Source: Setoptus koraiensis
Taxonomy: Eukaryota > Animalia > Arthropoda
Direction: 5' to 3'
Length of the DNA: 64,000 nt
NCBI GenBank assembly: GCA_048013815.1
Contig: CM106585.1
Location: forward strand, 1,736,001 to 1,800,000
Shown: positions 12,601 to 25,420 of the stretch, piece after piece
Position numbering within the stretch: position 1 is the first letter of the stretch
Layout of the letters: each line of letters begins with the position of its first letter
Notes under the pieces: generated by a model
Databases searched by the model: none
What the model was told of the DNA's origin: nothing
What the model saw: the letters and a program-made list of their open reading frames with translations, nothing else
Position numbers and translations under genes: made by a program

Positions 12601-14652
12601 AAATCGCCCCCTGAAGCAAGAAAATATCAATATAATCAAACATCATGTACATCCTCACAAAACCAGCAAAAATCATCTGTCAATCAACCAAAATCTGTGG
12701 AACCAAATTTAGTTGCTCCTGGATCTGTTCAAATGCTCCGTGAACCAGCTCCACCCCCCACTCAAGGTACATCACCCAAAGAGCCCGAATCATCCGTAAA
12801 AATCAACATCAAATATCAACATAAAGCAGAACCTTCAAAGTTGTCCGAGACAGTACCCCCAAAGAATGAAATTCCCCAGACAAAAACGATTGAAGTAGAA
12901 CAGTCAGCTAGCAAGCAACAACAACAAAAACCCAAAGCCAAAAGAACCAAAAAGAATGATTCAAACCCAGCGAAAGTTGAGAAATTGAAGAGTGAGAAGA
13001 AGGACAACAAAAAGTCACGCAATATTGCAAAATCCAAGAAAACTGAATCATCCACGTCAAAAATTACGCAACCAGATACATCGAAACCAAATGTACCAGT
13101 TACGACACAAACTAATGTCCCCATGGCTCCGAATGCTTTCATCATGTCTAGACCTATGATGAATCTTAATGGCCATACTTATCCGCCCCAATTCCAAACA
13201 ATCAACAATCAAGCAACAATGAATGTTCTCACTAGAGCAGGATTATCAAATTTTATTACCCCATTTCCACAACAAATTGGCTTGCCAGCAGTACATAACT
13301 TGAATGGTGCAAGATTCATTCTAGCCACGACTCCACAAGCACGACCGAACATTGCACCCACCCCTAGCCGACCTGTTGCACCTGTTAGAAACGAACCGGA
13401 TAATACGGCGCTATTGTCCTTGGCCACTACTGCTTTGTCGGCACACCCGCAAACGATTTACTCGCATAACTTAGTTCCAAGGCCCAACGTCACCCAAGCA
13501 ATACTAGTACGTCCTCCCAACTCTTCAACCATCTATAATGGCCAGCATCTTTTTAGGCCTATTGCTCAACCAATGTTGAACGCCAACATGGGACCTGTTT
13601 TGTCAAAAGATGGTGCACCCCATCCAATGGCCCTTCAAACTAACCTTGGTCCTTTAGTTCTAGCTCGATTGCCAAACCAATCTGGCCCTAGATTCATGTT
13701 AGCCAGTCCTATGATCCAACAAGCATATCAAATGCAACATCGCACTCCTTCAGCACATCAGCAAGTGCGACCGCAAGCTCCTCTAGATCAGACGAGCAGC
13801 GGATCCGCGCCAATAACCGGGCTGAACACCAACGAAACTCCAAAGCTGGTGAAGCAAGATGGAACGACCGAGCCAATATACCGACAGCCCCCCAAGAAGA
13901 TGGCTAGAGCCATGTTTGTGCCAACATCTGCTTGGGATCAAATCCAAAATCAATTTAATGCGCCGGCCAGAGCCGCTAACAATAATGGAAACACTAATGT
14001 TTCAACAAGTAAGCCTAGCACAGCCATCGCGACATCAAATAACCCTTCTTTGGGTCTCAGCTCTAATTTATCAACAGTGCCAATGACATCAACTTGTAAT
14101 CCAAGCGGCAATTCAAAAGAAGAAACACTTGCTCAAAATACTCCGATGAATATGAATAAATCTGACTTGAAGAACGCTTCAAAATCTTCGAAAAGGCCAG
14201 CTAAAGCTCGCCACAAGCGGGGTGGACATAGATGTCAGACTAGAAGAATGAGGTGCTCCAAGTGCCCAAGTTGTGTTAGATCTGACTGTGGAAGTTGCGA
14301 CACATGCAAGAACATGAGTAAATTTGGTGGGCCCGGTACTCAAAAACAGGCTTGTTTAGCGCGTCAGTGCACCAATCCGCAATTGCCACGTAATGTTGTT
14401 TGTGAGATTTGCAATATTGATGGATTCACAGTTACTAATGCAGATTCTAAGAATCAATCCACTCTGATGGAATGTAATACATGCTACAAGATAGTTCATC
14501 CCCAATGCTTCAAGAAGAGGCGTCCTGATCTGGCCTCAGTAAATGCAATGATTGATACTGATTTTGTCAACAGTTGGAAATGTCCCGGCTGTGTATCTGG
14601 CAAATCGGATTCACCGGAAGTTGTAGATACATTGGAGATTCAGTCATCCTGA
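9631..14652 (+). CDS. KDM2: KDM2-family JmjC H3K36 demethylase (JmjC - long IDR - CXXC - PHD); exons ~9631-10181 and 10257-14652; start codon in an unidentified upstream exon
   Basis: N-terminal RRY.....DDELEGKRNFNLEE; a 75-nt GT-AG intron joins PKVQK|YCLMS; JmjC 'TDFHIDFGGTSVWYH...IPSGWIHAVYTP' with intact HxD..H; CXXC 'RCSKCPSC...CGSCDTC..MSKFGGPG..KQAC..RQC'; C4HC3 PHD. Confidence 0.93.
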
Positions 14653-17098
14653 AGACATTGGAGGAAATAATCTTATAAATACCATAAATTGAGCGCCAGA
14701 ATGCTCTACTTACGTTAGAGCTGTTACTAACAAATTTGAATGTTCTCAAGTCTTATCTCTTGCCAGATATATGTCAACTCCAAGCAAGATAATCACAACT
14801 TATGATTTTTCATTTTGTAAAAAGGCATCCAATTTTGATCGGATGTGCTTCATAATGATCTCTCTAACCAAACGTTTCATTTGTATGTCTTACAAAAGAA
14901 GGTTTTATATGATTGGGTAATTGACCAGCTGGTTTAGCGAAAGTTTGAATTAAATTAAAATGATTGACAAATGTATCTCAAGATTCATTGGATAATAACG
15001 AATTCAAGTAGTTATGTATGTATTTTTGACAAGCTGCGACCTGATTAAAGTTGTGCACACAAAAAAAAATCCGTCTTTAGTTGAGTCAAACTTTTGACTC
15101 ATGTTCTAATGATGGTGCACATTCATAAGATTGACTTGCAAGTAATAGATAATTTAGATATTACATAGTGTGATTAGGGCAACAAAAAAGTTGAGTTCTA
15201 TCAAGCATTTGTTGATTGATAAACCAAGAAATCTTGACTCGTTCTTGCATTGATATCAATCTAGTTGAGATTCTTATTCTGATCTAAATCATAGATAAGA
15301 CTATGGACGCATGCTTTGAGTCGTATTTCTTTCGATCTATGACAGAAGCAGTCACTCGCAGGAAATTGCGAAGCGGCAGACTGAGCCTTACAAGTTGCTG
15401 GTGATTGAGGGAGAGGCAATCTTTATATAGAAACATAAAAATTAGTATAAAATTTGTCATGATTCATGGCTAACTGCACTTGCTCCCATCTCCCATGAAC
15501 TACGCCTCTTCTATCCCACATCTCAAAAAAGTTAAAACTTTCTTGAATACTTCCGTAACATTAGAAAAATAATTTTATTCTATTCTTCACAAGGGTAAAA
15601 CTCGATGGGGTGTTCAAACGTAAAGAGGGGTGGCGCTTTTTCGCTAATGATTACATGCACGATTTGTGCGCCCGCGCATAGAGAAAGAGGGGAAAACCAA
15701 CAAGATTTTAGCACGTAAAAGGGGGACGCGTTTTCCATCCATCGCCAGCGAACGCGACAAGTCCCGTCCCGATGAAAAGTTCCATAGATGAATTGAACTT
15801 GATATTTCAATGATATCTATCTATTGTTCTAGTTATAATCTGAAATAAAAAATGAGTTTAATTCGTCAGGGAGCTAAAACGCCAGAAGAAAAGTACGGGA
15901 GCCTTCTTTCACCCGTTTTTCGTTTGGGTTTGCAACATTCGGTTTATACCATGCAAGGCTATACTGACTGAACACTGACGCTAAAGTGCACAAAATTGCA
16001 CTTCTAATGATGATTAAGAAATACAGTATTTCGAAGGTACGTTGTGGAGGCTCAATTTGTCTGATGTGGTCGGCCAGTTGCAGAGAGGTGCCGGTCGCTT
16101 CAGGGTCGAAAACTTCTCGCTCGTCTCAGGATCTTCTAGATCGATCGATGGTTATTCATCCTCGCCATGTAATGTCTTTATGAATTAAGTTGGCCACGTT
16201 GCTTCTATGAACGTAAATACAAATATGCTTATGTAAGTCAAGTTAGTCAAGTAGTATGTTGTGTATGGATTTAGTACCAAAGATATCGTGATGATGTCGA
16301 TGGTTGAAAATTGGGAGGGATATAATAATGTAGTAGTAAATTATCCCAACTATGAGAGATGTTGCTGCTGTCGTACACTATTATTAGTTATATGCAACTA
16401 TTTCACCATATTTGAATTGAGATTTCGCAGAACATCGCCACTATGAGAGTGCACTAGAAGGCAATGGCATGTTAAATACCAGTTATTCAACACAAGTTGG
16501 ATTACAGTGTGTATATCTGAAGAGAGAATATTCAATTCAAAGAAGATGGTCACTCAATGTTTCTTGGCTATTTCAAGGTGCATTGGCATTTGCACAGACT
16601 GGCTGGCTAGCTGTTTGGCTGGCTGACTCAGACTGATGATCTGTTATATATCGATGTGCCAGGCTAGCATCAAATGGGAGATCAAATGAACTCTGTTTGC
16701 ATGCAATTCTTTATATTTACTTTAGCGATAATTAAAGGGATTTCACATATTGATATAATCATAACATTTCGAGCTGTGGTGTATTATTGCACCTAATTAT
16801 AATAATTTTTCATTGAAATGTTCTCCGCTTTAAATTTGTAAATATCCTTGAGTAAATACACCCAAGAATGGTGTTTCACAAAAACATTGCACACTTGAAG
16901 CACTCTTTCTGACGAAAAGTTCAATAATATAGAACTTTTTTTTTACCTAATTTCTAGACGTTACCATTTCAAATTAAATTTAAGAATTGTCATCAGGAAG
17001 AATCAAATTCATTCAATTACACAAAGCTATACAGCAGTGACGAAGAATATAATTAGCAGAAACAATAACATCAATACGATTAAAAAACCTCAATTAAA

Positions 17099-18853
17099 AT
17101 GAAAGATTCAGCCATAAAACAGCAACTTGTGCATGATAAGCCCATATCCGGGTTCTCTGGTTACATTGACCTATTTGATTGTTTGTACAATTTCTTCATT
17201 AATAGAAAATATTCACGAGAAAACAAGAACAGTAACAGCGACAACTTGTCTTTTTTACAGTCGTTAATCAAAGATTTTAATTATAGCAGACAAAATATTA
17301 GAACTGTTGATATAATTTCAGTAGCCTCAATAATTATTTTGCTATTCGCTCTTAGAAAAGTTCTTTGTAAGCTAACAAAATTCGTATGTATTGCACGAGT
17401 TATAGATAATTCAATTACGAATGACAACATCTCTTCGGCTTTCCGAACATACTGATAGCTAAATGTTTGTCCCTTTCATTTATTATAGATCATCACCGAC
17501 AGGCTCAAATACAACAAGAAAGACTCGGAACGCCTCAAAGAGAGCCTGTGGAAACTGTTGTTTTACTCGTTCTCCTCATTGATTCTATTCTACATATGTG
17601 TCATCAAGGACGGAGCTCAATATTTCCTTTATCCAGAACGTTTGTGGACAAGTGAGTATAGGCCACCACCATTAATATAATTAGTAATGAACACGTGTAG
17701 TTCAACATTTAGCTGATATTCTTTTCTTATCACACTACTCAGATTACTCTGCGGACAGTTCTTACATTGACACTTTGGAAAATACAGTTTATATATTGCA
17801 AATAGCCTTCTATACATACTCAATGTATGGCACTTTATTTGAAGACGAATGGAGAAAAGACTCACCAGTACTATTGATACACCATATCATTTGTACCATT
17901 TTACTCGTCCTATCCTCAGTGAGCAGGTGAGATTTCCATACCGATCAATAATACTGAATGTATACAAAAAAACTTGGAAAATCCGCAACTAATATAATAA
18001 CTAATAACAAATCTTACATTGATTCAACAATTTATGACACAGAACACATCGGAGCGGAATTTTGGTTTTGTTTCTTCATGATCCTTGCGATGTTGCATTA
18101 GAAATAACTAAGATATTAATGGTGATCAAAGTTCGTGACGGAAAAGTTATTAAATCGATAGACAGAGCAACTTCTGTCTCTTTCATATTATTTACTACAG
18201 TATGGGTTGTAAACAGATTGTACCATTACCCAATAACCCTCATGTATTTCACAATGAGATATAATATGGAACACGACCTGAATGTTCCATTCTATGGTAT
18301 AATCAATAGTTTACTGACAATAATATTGGCTATGAATTTCTATTGGTTCACTGTAAGTAGTTTAGATATGATCTAAGATATCCAATCATAATCAATGATC
18401 TAACTAATTCAAATTTTATGTTTTTCTTTCTCGGCACACAAGTTTATAATGAAGTTAGCAATCAAGATGATCTTGAATGATGACCCTGCTGGCCTTGTTG
18501 ACATAAGGGAGTACGACAAGCAGAAAAATGAGCTCATCAAGGCTGAATCAAACGACTCAGAGGTTACAGAAGAGAGCTCCAATTTCAGAGGGTCTCAGAT
18601 TCTAGATAAAAAGCTAGATCCTCTTCAAGAGGAAGAGGAATTCGAACATCTAAGTGAAGAGAGTGAAGTTTCCAACGATGTGGATAATAACAGTGATTAT
18701 GACGAGAATAACAACCAAATTGTCTACCGCAATTCCTTGGATATTGACAAAACTAACAACATCCGCAAATCAGCTTGCTATCAGAACAAGTTCGACTACT
18801 TCGAAAAGTATGGTTCAGATAACAAAGGAACGATCCCGCTCAAAGGAAAGTGA
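17099..18853 (+). CDS. CERS1: Ceramide synthase, TLC/Lag1 domain, CERS1/LAGR-1-like without homeodomain; exons 17099-17383, 17489-17651, 17743-17926, 18043-18352, 18443-18853 (~450 aa)
   Basis: All four introns are GT-AG and phase-compatible. The spliced product has 'KESLWKLLFY', the Lag1p motif 'RKDSPVLLIHH...GILVLFLHDPCDVALEITK', 'MNFYWF' and 'DIREYD'. Confidence 0.88.
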
Positions 18854-19372
18854 AAGACCAACTCATAATCTAGGCCGAGAGACTTGATCACAAGAATATA
18901 TCTAATGATACTGAACACTAGATAGACATTTGCTCACTTACTAGTCGACAATACTCGACAAAGCTGCATTGATTGATTTCAGAGTTTTTTTCAAAGATAA
19001 TCTTGACCTAAGTTGCAAGATCTATCGGAAGTAACTGTTCTTGAAAACGAATCCCTAATGCAACGCTATGTGACGCATATCAATTCCACGAGGCTGTCGT
19101 AAAAAAGATGTGTTAACAGTCAACAGTTGATGAATATGCCAAACCAGGAATAAATTTTAAGTAAAAGTTGCACTGAAACATAGTTTCTTCAATATTTGAT
19201 TTTATCAGGACTGTTTCTTCTGGTACAGATTAAAGATAGTTTAGGTGTGACTTTAAATAGCGAAGGACTCAAGATAGTCATGAATGATCAAGATTACTTC
19301 TAGTATTATGCAAATGTAGAATAGAATTTTTTTTTTCTTCATAAAGTTGGACTCTTCTCTCTATGCTACTTT

Positions 19373-20089
19373 CTAAGAAGAATTCATTGATGTTACATAA
19401 TGATACAATTCCAATGGTGTATTGTCGTGCCAATACTTTTCCTTGATTTCTTCTAGAGTAGAGGAATTATTGAGAGATTCATAATGGCCTCTAGATCTGT
19501 CGGCACATACACAAATGGAAATTTTGGTTTCGTTGCCTGTACCGGGAGCTTGCATGGCATCTGGTCTCATAGCCAGGTATTTAGTTAGGTGTTCGATGGT
19601 AGCATTTAATGAGGTCTTCATAAATCTTATCTTGCTTGGATCGAGGCCGGTATGTAATGGTTTTAAAATGACTTCACATTCTGGAGCGCTTCTGATTATG
19701 CTAGATAATTTGCTCTCTTGGTGCTTGTCAAACTCCTCTCTATTCGGATAGATCTTGGCGATTAGTTTGTCGAAGTTTGGATCCGCCCTGAGGCATCTTT
19801 TGGAGATTAATTTCTTCCTGCATGTCGGACATTCCTTGTTACTAGTCCTTAGAGCGGTTGTGATACAATTCTGGCAGAACCTGTGCAAACACTCTCGTGT
19901 AGTCATAGTATTATTAAGCATGTCCAAACAAATGGGACACATTAGTTCCCTGTGTAAAGATCGAGGAGAGACACCTATCTCTGTGTTATCTATCACTATC
20001 TCCTGAGGGAGGCGTTCTTTCTCATAGTCGGTGAGCTCCCAAATCTTTTCACCATTATTGTTGAAATCATTTCTGGCCATATTCACCAT
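19373..20089 (-). CDS. RNF2: PRC1 E3 ligase RING1/RNF2 (Sce ortholog), 238 aa, intronless
   Basis: '[15 protein letters not shown]', RING '[54 protein letters not shown]', and a C-terminal RAWUL-like segment 'RFMKTS.NATIEHL.KYLAMR...PLELY'. Confidence 0.95.
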   Translation of the reverse strand: MVNMARNDFNNNGEKIWELTDYEKERLPQEIVIDNTEIGVSPRSLHRELMCPICLDMLNNTMTTRECLHRFCQNCITTALRTSNKECPTCRKKLISKRCLRADPNFDKLIAKIYPNREEFDKHQESKLSSIIRSAPECEVILKPLHTGLDPSKIRFMKTSLNATIEHLTKYLAMRPDAMQAPGTGNETKISICVCADRSRGHYESLNNSSTLEEIKEKYWHDNTPLELYHYVTSMNSS

Positions 20090-21081
20090 CTCGGCTCTAC
20101 CGATAGAGCTAGTTGTCTAATTGTTACTACTAATACTACTGCTTCTGTTGCTATCTAATATCTGCTGATTGTTGTTATTATTTGAATATCCGAATGAACT
20201 AATAGATAGGGAAGTCTCCTTCGTGAAGCTTCTAGCGCAACAGTACAATCTTGTTGCTGATACAATGATAATTGTAATAATTGTAGCCCAATGGGTATAG
20301 TTTATTTATTTGGAAATACTAACGATATGCACATTCTGCATTACACGATGACTTATTTCCAATATTGAATCCCGAAGTTCCAACAGAATCCGCCAGGGGC
20401 GCTTGCGGCAACTTTTCTGGCAATCACCCCTATATTGAGTGGTTCGGCAAAACTGTGCTTCTCTATATAAAGGCTGTCTGCTCATGCCAAACTTAGATCG
20501 ACCTCGATCATCACACTTTTTTATAAGTTCTGGCCTCTTGAGCAAAGCTCCGACTACCGTTTTCACGTTTCGTCGCGATTCTTTGAAATTTTATATGAAT
20601 TCTCTTTCCTTGGGAAACATGTGCGTGATGAACCATAGGTCACCCGCGACTTTAGCGCCAATTTATTGCTCGCATATTTTTCATAAATTAGTACACTTGA
20701 GTTGATTGCGTTCATATGGTGGAGGACGTGTGGTCAGGGTGACAACAAAGATGCACGATCCTAATGAGCAGTCATTAAGTAAACCTGTCCAGGCACCGAT
20801 TTCATCAGTATTTTGGACGATATCTTAGGAATCTTGTTTGCGGTACGGGGAAAACTTGGCTAGTTATATAACCATCAACTCAGCTCGATGAACATCTTAG
20901 CCGATGATATATTGAATCGAGTTTTGCTTGGGAATTGCATCAAGCTTGGTTGGATTGATGGCATTTTTTTTTAGGTAGGTTAATGAAGACAACAAGGAAT
21001 AAGTAAACAATGTTATTGGAATCAATTAGACCACTGAGATATTGATCTTTAATTAAACAATAAACTGCACAACCTACGAAA

Positions 21082-22203
21082 CTAATTCTTCTTGACCTTT
21101 TTAGAAGATTGAACTACTTCGGATGAAGGCCTCTTGAGTCCCTTTCGTCTAATAACATTCACAGTACCATCAGCGTAAACTCTTATCTTATTCTTTGTAT
21201 CCTCATCATCGCTTTCATTATCATCGCCAAGCATGTCAAAGTCATCAACGACTGATTCCATCTTCTTTTTCGGACGAATTGGTTGCTCGACACCAGATTT
21301 AAAGGCCAAATCAGCAAAAATAGGAATTGATATACCCCAATCAGTTCTCAAACGTATGAATCTGACTAAATTGCCATATTTTTCATGTATAACAACTAGC
21401 GTGGCATTCAGATTGCTAAGAAGCTTCTCAGTTGATTGTTTCATTAATCCTATTTGCATGCAAATTGTAGAACTATTGCCAGTCACATAAAGTTGCTGCT
21501 TTGCAAATATGTTATCAAATTCATCCTGCAAATTATCGGCTGCGAGATTCACAGAGAGTGGAATTTTGCGTTCCTTCACCCAGAAGCGCCGTCCCAAACG
21601 TCGAGGCAGGGGATCCATTTTATTAAGCATCAATTTTCTATCTGCTAGAAACAGATCGTGAACCCTGGCAAGTTTGTCCATTTGTTGAAATGTTCTATAT
21701 TCCGTACTAAGTTCCTTGGTGGAGATTAATTTTGAAATAAAAGATCTAGTCATAGGATTCAGCTTGGAATCTAACAATTGGCTATAGTGTTCATGTGTAT
21801 TTTGAATATCTAGGTCTCTATCGCGTTGAAATTGAATCTGCTCGATGTCATTGGCGGGTTTCAAATGCTTAACAAACAGCGCGATATTTGTCTCCTCTGG
21901 ATCCAATTCAGCTCTCCAGTGATACGGTAGAGTTACATTGTGAATGAAAGTCTTGTTGTTGGCTGGAATCATCTTGAAAACAATCTCAACGAAAACACTA
22001 GCGTTTTCATGAGGGTTTGTCTTGCCTGCCGAAAGTAAATCTTTCTTTCCAGAAGTTGAATACTTTAGTGCCTTACTCTTTACAACATACAGCTTTAGGG
22101 CCTCGATGCCTTTCTTGAGCTGTTCCGAGCTTGTGTAAACTTCATTGATTTGACTTTTATCGAGAGCTCTATCCTGGGATTTGCGTTTCGTCTTTTTACC
22201 CAT
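21082..22203 (-). CDS. RSL1D1: Ribosomal L1 domain-containing protein 1 (likely start MGKKTK at 22203, 373 aa)
   Basis: 'I.LPYHW', 'IALFVK', 'DLFLAD..L....LPRRLG..F......P', 'IRLRTDWGISIPIF', and a basic tail. The ORF-track N-terminal extension looks like UTR. Confidence 0.85.
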   Translation of the reverse strand: MGKKTKRKSQDRALDKSQINEVYTSSEQLKKGIEALKLYVVKSKALKYSTSGKKDLLSAGKTNPHENASVFVEIVFKMIPANNKTFIHNVTLPYHWRAELDPEETNIALFVKHLKPANDIEQIQFQRDRDLDIQNTHEHYSQLLDSKLNPMTRSFISKLISTKELSTEYRTFQQMDKLARVHDLFLADRKLMLNKMDPLPRRLGRRFWVKERKIPLSVNLAADNLQDEFDNIFAKQQLYVTGNSSTICMQIGLMKQSTEKLLSNLNATLVVIHEKYGNLVRFIRLRTDWGISIPIFADLAFKSGVEQPIRPKKKMESVVDDFDMLGDDNESDDEDTKNKIRVYADGTVNVIRRKGLKRPSSEVVQSSKKVKKN

Positions 22204-22359
22204 CCTACAAGTGTGTGTATGTGTACGTGTTTGTGCGATATAACTAATGTTATTAATAATTAACAATTTAATGGGATTCCATTGGTGTGAAATTGAGACC
22301 ATGGAGTCAAGTAAACAAATGGAAAAACGTGTCCAAGAATTTGGTAAAGCTCATGTTAG

Positions 22360-22369
22360 TGCGCATGCG
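22360..22369. promoter_or_regulatory. NRF1/Erect-wing-like site TGCGCATGCG upstream of RSL1D1
   Basis: Motif match ~160 bp upstream of the RSL1D1 ATG; motif evidence only. Confidence 0.3.
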
Positions 22370-22694
22370 TCCATTACGAAAATTTGGCGCAAGTGTCACG
22401 ATCTCGCATAGAAGTTCTATAATAAGAACTTAGAACAAATCCTCTCGTCCCATACTTACACAATAAACACCAGCATTACTCAATGAACCTCTGCTTTGAT
22501 CAACTAACATTAATTATCGTTCCCATTCAATGCAGCATCGATTATATCAAGTCGATTGGAACTCAGTTCAGAATTAGTTCCATAAAAACGCTTTGTATAG
22601 TTTTTATTTGTCATTCAGATTTAAGATTTCTTTCAATAATAAATAAGTCTGATTGAGATTCATCACATTTCATACATTCGAGAACTATGGTCTA

Positions 22695-24584
22695 TCACGA
22701 TTGCATTTCCTGGATTGCCCTGACGAGAACATTGCCTACAGCCTCATCTCTGTCAAACCAACTAATATAGACATCGCGAAACTTTCCTGAATCTTGCGGA
22801 TCTATGTGTACAGAGCTCCTTCCTATGTTAATACACGAATCTGTGACCATTTTTGGTTCATCGTCCACCATTTGAGGCTGGTCTTCTTTGTAAGCAATTG
22901 CTGTTGAGCCACCACCCGAGCGATCTTTGAACTTAAATCTCAGTTTTTGGTATACCAGTTCCGTAATATCTTTGGTGGATTTATCTTGGACGTTGAATAT
23001 ACGCAACGTTGCTGTGAATTTTACATTATGAGGCTTGATTCCAGCTTCTTCCATCGCAGCCTCAGGGGCAACCAATCTGTAAACTGGAGGCTGAGTATTG
23101 GTGCAAGCGGACATAACTAGAGCTCCATGCAGCAGCTTTGTTCGTTTAGTATCGGAATCTGACCTGTCGCCCATACTTTTGTCATCAGACAAACTTCTTT
23201 TCAGCAATTCAACTTCTACATCAACCGGAATGTTGATTCGTGTGGGTATTTCAACAGTCTCACCATTGGCTGGATCAAAACAGGGTATATTATGCTCTTG
23301 TTGGATTTTTGCTTTGAGAAATTTCATTTTGAGTGCCTCTCCGTGAACTAGAAGCACATTCCTTGGATCGGATTGCGAAATGAGTTGCATGATACCCTTG
23401 GAATCGGCATGTGCCGAAAAGCTCATATATTCCACTTTCATGTTGACTTCAATCACCTGTTTATTTTCCAACTCTACTCTTCTAGCACCACTGAGAATTT
23501 TTTGACCTACTGTTCCGGCAACGCAATAGCCCGGCATAATAACCATGTTCTGTTCAAAAGGAGCCCATTTCTTAAATAGCTGGAGACTAAGGCCCGCGTG
23601 CAACATGCCTGGCGTTGCGAAAACAACCATAGCTCCGGGGTTGTCACTGAATGCGCGATCAAACGGCTTTATATGTTTGAAGTCGAACATATTGCGCTGC
23701 ACGAATGTTTTTTTGATTTTTTCATTCGTCCATGTGATAAACATTTTGTAATAATTGGTGGCTTTTTCTGTGAGACCAGCAGCAAAGTAAATAGGCACTT
23801 TGAGGTTCATTCTTTCCCAAAATGTTTCCAAGAGAATGCACAATTCTTGAGCTCGTCCAAGAGCGAACACAGGTATCAGCACTTTTCCTCCTTTCTCGAC
23901 ACAATCATGAACTTTCATTAGGAAATCTCTTTCACGACACCGTTTCGAATCACGAATAGTAGTGGCATAAGTAGATTCAGTTATTAGAAGATCCGGTCGG
24001 CACTTGTCTATCCAGGCGCTACCTAGATGTCTGTCTGGTGTCATATTGAAGTCACCAGTGTAGACCACCGATTGTTGTCCGCACTTAACTAGAAACATTC
24101 CAGCGCCTAGTACATGGCCAGCGTAATAACATTTTATCGATAGCTGATCATCGACTTGTAAAGTTTGGTGTAAGTTTATAGTTTTCACTTTCTTCATACA
24201 GTCCTTTATCATGGTTGAAGTGAAAAAATTAGATTCACCCTTTCTTTCCACGGCGATTCTTCTGAAGTCCTCCAAAAGAATTGGTGCAATGGCTTTGGTT
24301 GGTTGCGTCATATAGATGGGTCCATTATAACCGACCATTTCTGACATGTATGGCAACGCTCCGCAATGATCCAAATGAAAGTGACTGATTATAACACAGT
24401 CAATATGTTCCGTCAGTGTGCCATCTCTAGTAATAAATGAAAAATCGGGAAATTTTCTGTCATCTTGATAGCCCATGTGCATACCACAGTCGAGCATTAT
24501 ATTTTTGCCATTAATACTGAGCAATATGCAGCTTCGTCCTACGTCTTGGCCAGCTCCCAATGGAGTCACCTTGATACAAGACAT
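22695..24584 (-). CDS. INTS11: Integrator endonuclease subunit 11 (CPSF3L), 629 aa, intronless
   Basis: '[14 protein letters not shown]', '[19 protein letters not shown]', MBL '[13 protein letters not shown]', beta-CASP region and 'FSAHAD'. Confidence 0.97.
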   Translation of the reverse strand: MSCIKVTPLGAGQDVGRSCILLSINGKNIMLDCGMHMGYQDDRKFPDFSFITRDGTLTEHIDCVIISHFHLDHCGALPYMSEMVGYNGPIYMTQPTKAIAPILLEDFRRIAVERKGESNFFTSTMIKDCMKKVKTINLHQTLQVDDQLSIKCYYAGHVLGAGMFLVKCGQQSVVYTGDFNMTPDRHLGSAWIDKCRPDLLITESTYATTIRDSKRCRERDFLMKVHDCVEKGGKVLIPVFALGRAQELCILLETFWERMNLKVPIYFAAGLTEKATNYYKMFITWTNEKIKKTFVQRNMFDFKHIKPFDRAFSDNPGAMVVFATPGMLHAGLSLQLFKKWAPFEQNMVIMPGYCVAGTVGQKILSGARRVELENKQVIEVNMKVEYMSFSAHADSKGIMQLISQSDPRNVLLVHGEALKMKFLKAKIQQEHNIPCFDPANGETVEIPTRINIPVDVEVELLKRSLSDDKSMGDRSDSDTKRTKLLHGALVMSACTNTQPPVYRLVAPEAAMEEAGIKPHNVKFTATLRIFNVQDKSTKDITELVYQKLRFKFKDRSGGGSTAIAYKEDQPQMVDDEPKMVTDSCINIGRSSVHIDPQDSGKFRDVYISWFDRDEAVGNVLVRAIQEMQS

Positions 24585-24991
24585 TTCTTCCCTATGAGTC
24601 CTATTTGCCTATCTTATGTGAACTTGTACAACAAGTAATTCTATTTATACGCCGCTATTTGTTTGTTTTCTGTATGAAAGAATAACTATTACGATAATTC
24701 TTAAACAATAATAATGATTATCTCAAGTTCCATTCCGTAGTAAAAAGTTTATTCTCTTGTGGTGACAATGTGATTGTGTTTGGGATCTCAGGCCAGTGAT
24801 ACAAAAAGTCAATTAATAACTCAGAATGATAATGATGGGATTTATTTGATGGTGCAATACTGCATCTAGTTTACTGACTGGATGTGCAAAAATAAAAAAC
24901 ATGTGTGTTGGTGCGAGCTTTATCAAAGCGATCAACACATGATCACGGAAAAAACGTGCACCGACAATAGATCATGAGCGCCGGCATTTAC

Positions 24992-25420
24992 AGGGCATGC
25001 AAAATATATCTTGTTCATAAAATCTGTCGCCTAGTCAAACCGTTGTTCACTCCATAGCAATATTGTTGCAATAAGATAATTAAGAATTATCTAACAAGGT
25101 AAATCCTTTTACGGATGACGCCCATTTCAACATTACTCTGGCCTATCTGAATTCCCTTGTTTCTGAGGAGAAAGAAAAGGTATATCAGAAATCCGGAAAA
25201 CGTGTAGTTTCTGCAATAATCATACTTATTTTGGTTGGTTGGATGGTTGGTTTGGCTATGTCATACCAAGTCCGTTTACATATATAAGAAAAGAAAAATC
25301 ATTAATTTGATCATGTCTACTTTGATTGTTCGACGTATGACACCAGAAAAACCGGGAATCGAACCCAAACTGACCAGAAAAGGTAGAATGGTACACCGTT
25401 CCCTGTGAGGAGAAAGAGCT
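24992..25420. repeat. Dispersed direct repeat, copy A
   Basis: Shares blocks with 28987-29223 (agggcat.caaaata.atcttgttcat; ctagtcaaacc.gttgttcact; gcaatattgttgcaa; aacccaaactg; exact 21-mer gaatggtacaccgttccctgt). Confidence 0.8.

Noticed and set aside
20306-20960. Short ORFs between RING1 and RSL1D1 (one with an ankyrin-like 'KCDDRGRS')
   Set aside because: The ankyrin consensus does not continue (no TPLH) and I could not build a consistent spliced model.
21082-22302. ORF-track N-terminal extension of RSL1D1
   Set aside because: The extension contains CA-repeat-derived THTHT and is non-conserved; MGKKTK at 22203 is the more plausible start.
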